DNA of 64,000 bases. Origin: Octopus sinensis (taxonomy: Eukaryota). The notes beneath the pieces are model-generated. The model saw only the letters and a program-made list of their open reading frames with translations, was not told the origin of the DNA and ran no database searches. Made by a program: the position numbers and the translations under genes. Positions 13,059 to 25,100 of the stretch are shown here, in pieces; position 1 is the first letter of the stretch, and the number at the start of each line of letters is the position of its first letter. The DNA lies in contig NC_042997.1 in NCBI RefSeq assembly GCF_006345805.1, forward strand, positions 125,860,001 through 125,924,000, given 5' to 3'.

Positions 13059-14674
13059 TTATGAAGGAATAAACAAAAAATTTTCCAAATTGCAGCAGCC
13101 AAATGTTAAGGGTCACTTAGAAAAAAATGAACTACTAACTAAGGTATTTGTTGTTTAGAAGGCTAATAGTTACTTCTTATGATCTTACCATATTGGAACA
13201 TTCAACTGTCAACATGGCAGCTTTTGAGAGATAACCAGTGTCCTGTGATGAAAAACAAAGGATTGTGTGCCTTCACCAAGAAGGCAAGTCAAATTCTGTG
13301 ATCGCAACTACTGTAGGACGGTCTTGAAGTGTTGTGCAATGAACTGTAGCTGGTTTTAAGTCACCAAGATCAACAGATGTTAAAACCAAAACTGGTAGAC
13401 CTCATAAAACATCACCATGACAGGATCGTATTATGGTTAGAATGTCACTGAAGGATAGGTTTAAGAGTGCAGCTGAGATATCCCATGATATATCACGCAG
13501 AACAGTTCCTCGGAGGTTACAAAGTTCTGGGTTGCTTGCTCAGGCACCAACAAAGAAACCTCTGATCTCCAAGAAGAATCAAAGAGCCTGTCTTTGTTTA
13601 GCTCAGGAACATATCATTTGGACAGAAGAACAGTGGTCGCAGGTTCATTTTAATGATTAGTTCCGATGGCGGGATGTACATCCGATGAAGAAGTGGCGAA
13701 AGGTTATCTCGAAGGAGTGGCTGTGTGGTAAGTAGCTTGCTTACGAACCACATGGTTCTGGGTTCAGTCCCACTGTGTGGCAACTTGGGCAAGTGTCTTC
13801 TACAATAGCCTCAGGCCAATCAAAGCCTTGTGAGTGGATTTGGTAGAAGGAACTGAAAGAAGACCGTCATATATATGTATGTGTGTGTATATGTTTGTGT
13901 GTCTGTGTTTGTCCCCCCAACATCACTTGACAACCAATGCTGGTGCGTTTATGTCCACGTATCTTAGTGGTTCAGCAAAAGAGACCGATAAAATAAGTAC
14001 TAGGCTTACAAAGAATAAGTTCTAGGGTCAATTTGCTTGACTAAAAGCGGTGCTCCAGCATGGCCACAGTCAAATGACTGAAACAAGTAAAAGAGTATGT
14101 GTGAAGAAGACAGTGAAATAAGGAGGCAGCGTAATTGTATGGGGAGTGATCTCTGCTGCTGGTCCTATTCCACTTATTCGCCTACAAGGGACTGTCAATG
14201 CTGAAATTTACAGATTCTTAGATAGCATGCCTTTCCACATCTCCAATCCTCATCAGTTCAACCTCCTGTCTTCATGCAGGACAATGCTCCCTTTCACACT
14301 GCAAAGAGGGTCAAAGATTTTTTGAGTAAAGGGGTTGATCTCATGGACTGGCCACCTCAAAGTCCCATCTCAACCCTATAGAAAATGTTTGGAAGATTAT
14401 TGGAGATGGGGTACGAAGGAGAGATGCAAAGAACCAAGATGAACTCTGGGAATTACTGAAAAATGAATGGAACAATATTACTCCATCATTTTGCAAGAAA
14501 TTAATTCAGTCCTGTGGTGGTAACAGATGTCAGGAGGCCATTGATAGTAAAGGGATCTTCATAAAATATTAATAATAAGGGTTTCTTTTCTGTTCTTGTT
14601 CCATTTTTCATTGTTTTTCTAAGTGACCCTTAACTTTTGGCTGTTGCAGTTTGGAAGATTGTTTATTCCTCATA
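13059..14674 (+). mobile_element. Tc1 (DD34E-like) transposon relic interrupted by a SINE
   Basis: ~65-bp imperfect TIRs containing GCCAAA.GTTAAGGGTCACTTAGAAAAA; transposase pieces KKPLISKKNQRA, WSQVHFND, GGSVIVWG, FMQDNAP, WPPQSP/LNPIENVW; SINE-A at 13713-14097. Confidence 0.85.
13713..14097 (+). mobile_element. SINE-A inside Tc1
   Basis: Full-length consensus; splits the transposase between GERLS and CVKKTVK. Confidence 0.9.
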
Positions 14675-15262
14675 ACTGTGTGTCCTTAGCTTGACATCAT
14701 GCTCCAATTATAAACAAACATCACCCCTCTGGGCCAACCAATCCCTTGGTTGAATAAACTGAACAGAAGTCCATCATATTTAGGTGTGTGTCCTTAGCTT
14801 GACATCATTCTCTAATTATAAACAAATATCATCATCATAGAAGCAGTGTACTATATTTCCAATACTCCATAAAAACATTTCTGGACTGGGAAAAGTATTA
14901 GCTTTGTTGGAAACAGGCAAGGGTTTTAGCAACAGGAAGAGCATTCAGCTGTAGAAAACCTGCTTCAAAAACATTTTGCCAGACCCATGCAAGCTAGGTT
15001 GATGGTAAAATGATAATGATGATGGTGATGTATAAACACAGGCAGGTATGGCTGTGTAGTAAGAAATCTGCTTCCCGGCAACATGGTTTCAGGTCCAGTA
15101 CCACTGCATGGTACCTTTGGCAAGTACCTTCTACCAAAACCTTGTGAGTGGATTTAGTAGCGGGGAAACAGCTATAAGCAAATGAAGTTAATCATTTTTT
15201 CCTTTGTCATCTCTTTTCTTATTTCTGTGGAAACATGACTTATCATGGGGAAATTATTACCT

Positions 15263-15630
15263 ATAGACGCAGGAGTGACTGTGTGGTAAGTAGCTTGCTT
15301 ACCAACCACATGGTTCTAGGTTCAGTCCCACTGCGTGGCACCTTGGCTAAGTGTCTTCTACTATAACCTTGGGCCAACCAAAGCCTTGAGTGGATTTGGT
15401 TGACAGAAACTGAAAGAAGCCTGTCGTATATATGTTTGTGTTTGTTCCCCCCAACATCACTTGACAACCAATGCTGGTGTGTTTACGTAACCGTAACTTA
15501 GCGGTTCGGAAAAACAGACCGATAGAATAAGTACTAGGCTTACAAAGAATAAGTCCTGGGGTCGATTTGCTTGAGTAAAGGTGGTGCTCTGGCATGGCTA
15601 GAGTCAAATGACTGAAACAAGTAAAAGAGT
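15263..15630 (+). mobile_element. SINE-A
   Basis: Full-length consensus. Confidence 0.9.
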
Positions 15631-15639
15631 TGTTTGAAA

Positions 15640-16486
15640 ACAAGTAAAGGTTGGCTACAGTATGAGCATCTATATGTAAAAATCCTCCCTCAAACATCTC
15701 GCCCAACTCATTGTAGCATGCGAAACAGATACAAGTTTCATCCAATCCATGCAAGCACTGAGGGGCAGACATAGAAAAGGTGATGATGTACACATCAACA
15801 GAAATAAAAGTTATCAAAAAAATTATATCAACACGTTACTTTTGCTTATGACAACAACAACAACAAAAAAACACATAAGAAACATGAAAATAATGAAATA
15901 TAAAGAAATAAAAACAAAACAATTTTTATAATAATGATAGTAATAATAATAACTAAACAAGACAAAGATTCTAAGATTTTTCAAAACTGGATCATTATAT
16001 TCTAATATTTGCACAACTTACAAAAATAACTTTCACAGGGTTGGCCTCTAGAGAAAACAAAAAACAAAAAAAACAGCACCTGGCATAGAGAATAATAAAT
16101 GGTAAACCAAAAAATGCAAGAACAGAAGAAGGGTAGGAGAAATAATAAGACTTAAAGGGGTGGATGGGATTCAAGGCTTAGATTTCATTTTTCTTTTTTT
16201 TTTTTCGTTTTTCTGCTTTTTGTTTTTTGGGTTAAGCAAAATGTATAGAGAAAATTAGAATGAAATAGCTGTGGAAGTACACACATGTATAAATGTACAG
16301 ATATGGTGCATACATACATAGATATACATATACATATATATACACATATATATATATACATACAAACATATACACACAACTTCATAATAGATGAGAACAT
16401 ACATGAACATGTGATGCAGTCAGTGTGCACACACATATGCTTGTGTTCCTGTGGGCGTATATATGAGTGTATATGTACATACATAG

Positions 16487-16518
<32 letters not shown>

Positions 16519-17036
16519 GCATACATTCACATATATATGTATACATATACACATACCTAAATAGCAGGACACACATTATATATTGATGTGTGTTTGTGTA
16601 TGTGTATCCATATGTGTATGTATGTATATATTTACATGCATACATGTATATATATACACATATATATAAATACATATATATACACACATGCATATATATA
16701 TACATACTTATATATACATAAATATATATACATATATATATACACACATATATATACATTTATATACATAAATACTAGTATACATACACATCTATGTATG
16801 TTTGTTTGTGTGTGCATTTTATATATAAACATAGATGAAAACAATTAAACATTAACTGAAAAAGCACTCAATACATTTAAGTAGAATACAAAAATTTATT
16901 GTTGCAAGTAAAATGTTGACAGTAACTTCAAAGTCTTGTTGGCAGTTAACTTCATCAGAGTTATGAAGCCAATCACTAGTGAAACTTCAAAGTCACTGCC
17001 AACTTTTTCCTTGTAAAAATAATATATGTGTGTGTG

Positions 17037-17067
<31 letters not shown>

Positions 17068-17230
17068 ATGTATATATATGTATGTTTGTGTATATGTGTG
17101 TGTATATATATATATATACATGTACATTATATATATATATTACATATATATATATACACACATTTATATATATAAAATGTTATATAGACATATATAGATA
17201 TATATATATATATACACATGTGATTATATA

Positions 17231-17277
<47 letters not shown>

Positions 17278-18942
17278 TATATTACATGTGAAAAGAACTT
17301 TGTAGTGTTACAAATAATACTGGAAAAAGTGGCATAGACTGAACAACAAAAAAATTTACAGGAAAAATGAAAATGCAGTAGAAATGTCATGCACAAGTGT
17401 GATCCCTTCATTAGCCGTTAATTGTAAGTCATTGCAATTTTGACACATCCAAATGCGCAGTCTTTTCATTTCCCATGTAAATTTGCCACTGTTTCCAATA
17501 TACATACATGTATGTGTGTATATGCATATGTGTGTGTATACATAGAAGCATACTAGGATGAGCATGTGTATGTATATATTTATAGATAAATATATGAAAA
17601 TATGTGCAGCTGTGTTTATGTGTGTGTATATATATATATATTATATATACAGGCATATACACATATGTCTGTTCATATATATACACACACACACACGTAT
17701 GTATGTGCATATATATATATATATGCATGCACACTATATTGGTACATATACACAATGTACGCACGCACACGTCTACAGGTGTATAGGTTAAAAGTGAATG
17801 CAAGAGTGAAATTAGTAAACAAAAATAATCATAAGTAGAAAACTAAAAAAAAATGTACATCCACACACACACACACCATATATACATAAGTGTATACATG
17901 TACATATATATATATATATATATAGGAATACGTGTGTGTGTGTGTTGTTTAACTGAATAAATAGATCATAAAATACAAGAGAGGCCATTGACAAAAGTGA
18001 GGTTCCCCAACTGAGGTGGGGTCCACTCACTTCAAAAAAAAAAAAGAAAAAATTCCAGGCACGTCCAGGGAATCAATGGAAAATGTTGTTTGATGTTGGG
18101 TTTGTGGGTTTTTTTTTACCTTTTTATTTATTTATTTATTTTAATATTGATTTTTTTTTTTTTTTCAATTCTGAGATGGGACTGTGTTTAAGAATATACC
18201 ATTCTCAGAACAGTGGTCTGAAGAAATAGGGTAATGTCCCGTTACTCAAACCCTGCAGAGTATGTGCACATATATATATATATATATCATCATATATATA
18301 TATATATATAATTCAAATTTCAATTTAGGACATGTTTGGGGGTAAGGGACAGTTTAGTGTCTTGCAGGTTTTTTGTTTAAGTTTTCTAGTCAAGATATAT
18401 GGAAAATTATATTTTGTTCATTGAAAGTTTGTGCATATATATGTGTGTGTGTATTTATGTATGAAATACAAATGTTTAAAACAACCCTGCAAATGATAAT
18501 AAAATTTATTTTTAATTATTAGCAAAATGCTTATTACAGTGTTAATGTTTTGTCTTGTCTTTTATTAATATAATAATAATATTATTATTATTTTTATTTA
18601 TTATTATTATTATTATTAGCGATGGAGGTGTTATATGGAGTTAATGAAAACTCCAATGAGTGTTGTGTTTTTGGGTTCAATAACCATGAATTTTGATGAA
18701 AAATAAACCCCAGTCAACATGGCATGAAAAGTCAATTGATAGTTATATTTTATTTGACGCCGTTAAATGTGGATGGCTATTTTTTAGTTTGTTTTGTTTT
18801 TTTTTTGCTTTTTTTTATTGTTATTTCATCTCCAATGATAGGAAATAAATTTCAGTAAAATTTTTATTTTTGTTTTCAAAATTTTAGCACAAAAATAATT
18901 TGTTTTACCATATTTTCAATCAGTTTGTTATCCTTTTATGTG

Positions 18943-18977
<35 letters not shown>

Positions 18978-19198
18978 CCATTTTGTAATTCTGCATATAA
19001 CAGTGATCATTTTACAATGTTTCATGGTGTTTTAGCCTCCAATGAAAGAAAATTAACCAGCCCAGAATGTATACCCCAATCCCCATTTCCCTCCCGACAG
19101 ACAATTCCAACTCTTAACCCTAACCCAAACCACTTTTGCTGCTGCTCTTCATCTCAACTATTTCAGTGATTTGCATTCTAGTAATGAACAACAATGAA
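15640..19198 (-). other. Probable long NIPBL 3'UTR
   Basis: U-rich on the minus strand, no SINEs, microsatellites only; AATAAA candidates at ~18505, ~18125 and ~16895. The true 3' end cannot be determined from sequence. Confidence 0.45.
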
Positions 19199-22100
19199 TC
19201 AAGCAATGAAGTCAGGGTCTTCATCGCTATCGCCGTCATCTTCACTGTCACTCAGACGACGACGTTTCTTGCGCACCTTCTTCTTAACAGGAGGTTTTGG
19301 AGTTAACTTGGGAGACGGTTTGATTTTCTTTTTCTTTTCAAGTAAAGAAGCGTAATGCTGATTACGAGGAGTGTGATGAAATGATGGTTGTTGCTGGCTT
19401 CGAGGTTTGATCCCATCAGAGCCATCTGAAACTTTATCAGAGACTTGCATTTCAGTGGCGTCTTTAGACTCGACATGATTCTCAGCTCCTTCAGGTACCG
19501 AGCTCTTTGTATGTGGACTGGTTTTGACATTGTCGTCAGAGTCATCATCATCTGGAGGGTCAATACTCAACATTAAATGTTTGAAATCAATGAATTCTTC
19601 AACCAATTTTCGTTTCTCTTCATCACTAATAACATCTGATGGCTTTTTCTTTAGTAACTCAATAGTTGAGCTTGGTTGAAAATCTATAGCATATTTCCTT
19701 GCCAAGGGCTTATCATAAACTTTAGCTGCTTCTGCCGGTGAATAACGATGGACTTTCGTGTCGGTGAAACCATATAACTCTTTGAGATGCTGTTTCAGGA
19801 CAAGAAGCAGGACACATCCTTGAGAGATGCGGCAAATCTCCTGCAGCGGCATCACGTTCTCAGGTAATCTTTCCATGATGCTTTCAATTTCTTCATCATC
19901 TTCATCATCAAATGTTTCCCCTTTCTTTCTATCAATATCCTTCCTTGGAAGAAGGCATTCTTTGAAAGACTGTAGCAGGTTAGAGCCAGACACTGAGACA
20001 ATGATGTCTATTTGATGAATGATAAATAATGGTTCGTCTTGAGATTGGTAAGCGAAAAAGGCAAGGTTATCAGCTATATACAAGAGTTCTTCAAGTGATG
20101 CACGTGCCGAATCATCAAACAGATTCAGAAGGGAAGTGAGTAAAGCTCTTCGATAGGTTCGATTAGCTCGAAGAACTGTATAAAGGAATGCATTTAAACT
20201 AAGATGGACAGCATCCTGGGTCCTAAGGCCTCGAACTGGCTCTGAAGGATCTTGAATGATACTTTGGAATTTATATGACATCTTTACACCTTGTAGAGCC
20301 TTCATATGAATGAACCCAGGATACTTCTTATCAATATCTTGAAGTTGTTGATCTGATCTCACCCTCACGCTTGGATCTATTTCTGTTCCCATTGTTATTA
20401 AATAGGGAACACACTGTACAGGGTGAATGAGACCCTGGCGAAGAACAAGCTGAATAATATCAAGAGCAGACTGTCGTACCTGGAAATTGGCACAAATGAA
20501 AGATTCAAGCACTTGTTTCAGGTACACCTGTATGATGGTGCTCGCCATTCCTGACTGTAAATCTCCCATGTCTCGTAGATCTTCTGCTTTACATTGTTTT
20601 CTCCATTCAGCATCAGCTATGATCATCTTGGTTTCTTCTTCGACCAGATAGCTGTGCAGATTTCGCAATGCTTGGATCTTCAGCTTTATAGATGCTTCAC
20701 TGTTTGTAAAGAGATAATAATAGAGTCCTTTCAGTGTTTTTCCAAGCATATATTCATAATGACGGACACACATGAAGCCAAGCCCAGTCAAAGCTTTTAC
20801 ACGCACTTCCTCGTCTTCGTGCTCAATAAAATAGTACAGAACATCAAATACTCGGTCCTTTATCGGAACTTTTGCTTTTGTCTCTCCCATCTCCTTGGAA
20901 TCAAAATCAAAATGACGGCACAAAAGGCCAACAGTGAAAAGTGACCGCAGCAATGTAGGTCTTCTCTTTTGAAGGGTTGGATTGTTAGAATTTTCTTTGT
21001 GGTCAGCCATCAACTTGGAAAGAACTCCAAAGAATTTCTGGAAACAATCTTTAACAAGTCGATAATTATGACTGACATTATTAACAACGGCACCAAGGCA
21101 GCTGACACAGCTCTGTAAAACCATCATTCCATGTTTTAGAATCAACTTCATCATGTCTTCCTCGAGTTGTGCCAAAAACGTTTCACTCGGATGGTCCATA
21201 AGAGGCACCACCATCTCAAGAATACGTGCAACAAAATGCAGCACCATAACGTCACCTTGTGTGTTACATCTGATATTTAAATATGGCTGAAGTGTTATTG
21301 CATGTTGAACCATGAGATCAGGTTTAATCTTGCTGAAGAGATGTAGTGTGGTCAAACATGCTATCAAACGCTGAGGATGAGAAGTATTATCACCATCCAC
21401 TGACTTTTCTTCTAAGCTCATGACATTTTCAACAAGGCAGTTAACAATTTGCTGAGAAGCCAACAAAGCACTCTTATTATAGTGACCGTCATCATCTTTT
21501 TTTAACAAATTTTCCAGTAAATGTTCAAAGAACTCCAAACCACTATCTTTACAGGCAGCAACAACTTCTGTAATATTCACAACACGTCTCAAAAGTCTGG
21601 AAGAGTCTTTCTCTCGTAAAGGACAAAACCACATCATTTGGAAAACCTCGTTGACTAGTTTTTTTATGCCTTCTTCATCGTTTACTCTGCGGATCATTTT
21701 CACACACATCTCAGGTATTTTGTTAAAATCAGGTTGTCCGAGGCAAATGTCTTTGAAAATCTTTATCACTCTTTTTCTTACACTGATACCTGTATCGAGA
21801 ATTCGATCACATAACATGTCGTAATATTTAGGGATCAATTCAGGTTTAATCAGTATGAACTTTCCAACAAGTTCTACTGCCGCTTCTCGGACAGATGTCG
21901 ATTGATCTAGAAATCTCCCATGCACTCCACGCTGCATATCATCACGCGCCAAAATTCCAGGGTCAGCTTCTACAACAGCTGTTAAACATTTCATAGCCTT
22001 TGTTCGTACTGCCACAGCTGTTTCACTGAGCACACGCAAAATTTGAGTTAGGTATATGTCAAAACTCTGAGCAAACGGTCTCTTAGAGCTGAGGTAGCGT

Positions 22101-25100
22101 GCTACAAGGCATGAATCTTCAGCATCTAATCTACACTGTAACTGTCTCATGTTATTTGCTGGCTTGTTGGGGACTTCAATGATTGTCATTAAAAAGGTTT
22201 TCCCTTTCTCTGCAATCTCTAAGGTTTGGTTCACTTCTTCAGCCCTTTCATCTTCATCTTCTTCTTTTAGTTGTGAAACTTTCTTTTGTAATTTTTCTGC
22301 TTCAACAGTGAGATCCCGATACCACTGGGCAATATAAAACTGTCTCGCAAACAATAATGCTGGATCACTTTGTCCATTCTCAGCCAAATAATACAACATG
22401 GCCTTTTGTAAACTTTGAGTTTGCTTTATTTCATCAAGACTTTCCGTATTGCCTTCTTTCTTAAAGTCGTTCTCTTCAGTTACTTCATTGTCTATTTTTG
22501 AAATAATTTCCTCGATCATTTCTGGGTTCGTCTGACTAGTGACGGCGTCACTGCGAAGACGAGCAGCAACTATGCCTAAATATTCTAATGAAGCAACCCT
22601 CAAAGACATATCTGTAGATTTATTGCTGAACTGCTGTACAAGAATTCTCCCAAGAAGACTAAGCAACAATTCTGAAGCTGGCCATTCTGGCTTGTTCACT
22701 GTAGATAGTAAATCCTGAACAAAGTTTTCAAAAAGGGGCCGATAGTCATCTTCACTTTTGGCAGTACATTTCTTAAGAAAGACAGAGAGGAAGTTATAAC
22801 CAGTTCTCATGGCTGTCTCGTATGATGTTACAATAATGACATCATCATCTGCTTCCCTTTTTTTCTTCTCCAATGCTTTTTTATCTGCTACAGGTTTCTC
22901 ATCAATACAAATTTCAGACTCAACAGATTTTGGTGAAGGCAATTTAATGACACACTGGATCAACTGCAAGGCAAGTGCTGTCACCATTTGTATGGACTCG
23001 TCAGCATTTAGGCGATAGTTGCGGAGGTTCCGCTTAGTGGATGGTAGTCGAGCTAAAGAGGCAAAAATATCTTCCAAAATAAGTTGTCTGTGTTTATCAT
23101 ACTTACAAAAAATATTTGTTACCAACTTCATTGAATTTAACTGCATTTCACTAATGTTCTCAACAAAAAAGGGGGACACACTTAATGTAGACACTTGCAA
23201 AATGACTGTGTCTGTCAGTTCTTGAATGTGCAACAACTCACTCAGAGCCTTGATGAGCTCACAAAGTTTATTATATAAAGTTATTGTAGCTTTGTGCTTT
23301 ACTGAGTGGGTACGAGCTCGTTTGGATTTCAGGTTACCTTGGTAACCTCCTTTTGCATGAGGATCTATTTTATATACAGGATCAAACTCTGGGTAAATTG
23401 TATTCTGAAGCTGCCACTTACCAAATAGAATGATTCTTTCAATAACATCATCTAAATATACCTGCTTTGGCATTTCTGGAGCAGTGATTATGTAAAGAGC
23501 TGCTAGAGATGCATCCATACTCCTCATCACTCGCTCCATCATCATTTCTCTCCACATTACAGACTCTTCGTCATCTTCATCTTCGTCTTCTTCAGGTCTT
23601 ATATTTGGTGCCAACTTCACACCATCTCGTACGTTCCACTGAAGTATTGTAAGTAACTTTACAAGTTTATCGGAGGGAATTTGATTCGTTACTTTCTGGG
23701 CTTTCAATTTTGCTGCCTCTCCACAAATTTCGGCAAGAACCTGTCTTGCAATAAGGGATTCTGGTGGACATTCTGTGTCATCATCGTTTGGATCAAGAGA
23801 ACCAAAATCAATCTCCTCCGCACTATCAAATACGTACTCCACTGACTGAGCAAATTTTCTAAATGTTGGACTATCAAATAACTCCTCGGAACTTAATGCC
23901 CTCTGATTCATACGTTTGTGTCGCTTCCGACGTTTTTTCCGAGCTGATTCGTCCATTTCCTCCTCTTCGTCACTTGAGTACAATCTTTTTGTACTTTTTA
24001 TTTTTTTCATAGTGTCACAATCTGTCCTAATTCTTCCTCCAGAGACAACAGACTGAAGTGTTTTGGCATCTAAAAGTTCTAACACCACAATAGGCTTAGA
24101 ATTTTTAGCAACTAAAAGGTCAACTTGCTTACTAAAAGATATCTCTTCGACATCTTCTGGTTTGATTTGCCTTTGTTGTTGTTGCTGCTGCAGCAGATAA
24201 TCCTCCTGTAGAACCATAGGGTAGGGGGGACACTGCTTTGCTTTATCTGTTTTCTCCGAAGACATGTTGCGTGTTCGTCGTTTACACAGCTCCATATCTG
24301 CCTCTACACAGGAAGAACTAGCAGTGGCTGTGAATGATGCAGGTAATCTGCTACTCTGGTGAAAATCTCCACTACAAGAGGCAGAATCTCCCTGTAGACC
24401 AAACTGCAACTGGTGCAGGGACATGTTATCTGATCCACTCTTCCTGCGACCAGACATGTCCGGACAAATGTTCATACACTCAGGGGAAGGCTTGCTCTCG
24501 AAAGAGTCACTGCACTTCGGTCCTAAGGTAGATTTGGCACTACTGGTTCGCCTCTTACAGGAGTAAGCAGACCCTGCAGATTCAGGTGGAGATAATACAT
24601 CTAAATTGATGTGTTCAGCCACTGCAGCCAGAGGGGGTGACACAGTATTCTGATCAAATCTTTGATTTTGAGCAAAATGTTGAAACTGTTGTTGTTGCTG
24701 CTGCTGTTGATACAAATTTGGTGAAAGAAAATTAGCATGAGATGAATATTGAGAGTTTGTTGGGTATCGTGGTGATGAATCTGACTGCATTTGTTGCAGC
24801 CTGGGAGAAACGTTATTCTGATTTAGATGATATGGCATGGTAAAATGACCCGAATGGTATTGTGGAAGAGGTGTTTGCTGGCTTTGAATAAGTTCATGAG
24901 GGGGTTGTGGGTGAAGTAAGTGCTGCTGCTGCTGTTGCTGCCTGGTTTGAATGAAGTTTGCAGACTGCTGCTGCGATAGGTTCTGATGGGCTGTTCGACT
25001 GTCAAAACCTCGAACATCAAATCCACTGCCACTACTACTACTACTGCTACTACTACTACTACTACTACTGGCAGTGGAAGTAGTTGTAGTAATGTTACCA

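Noticed and set aside
13713-13785. tRNA-like heads of SINE-A and SINE-C
   Set aside because: A/B boxes are present but they run into SINE bodies and lack a full cloverleaf; not tRNA genes.
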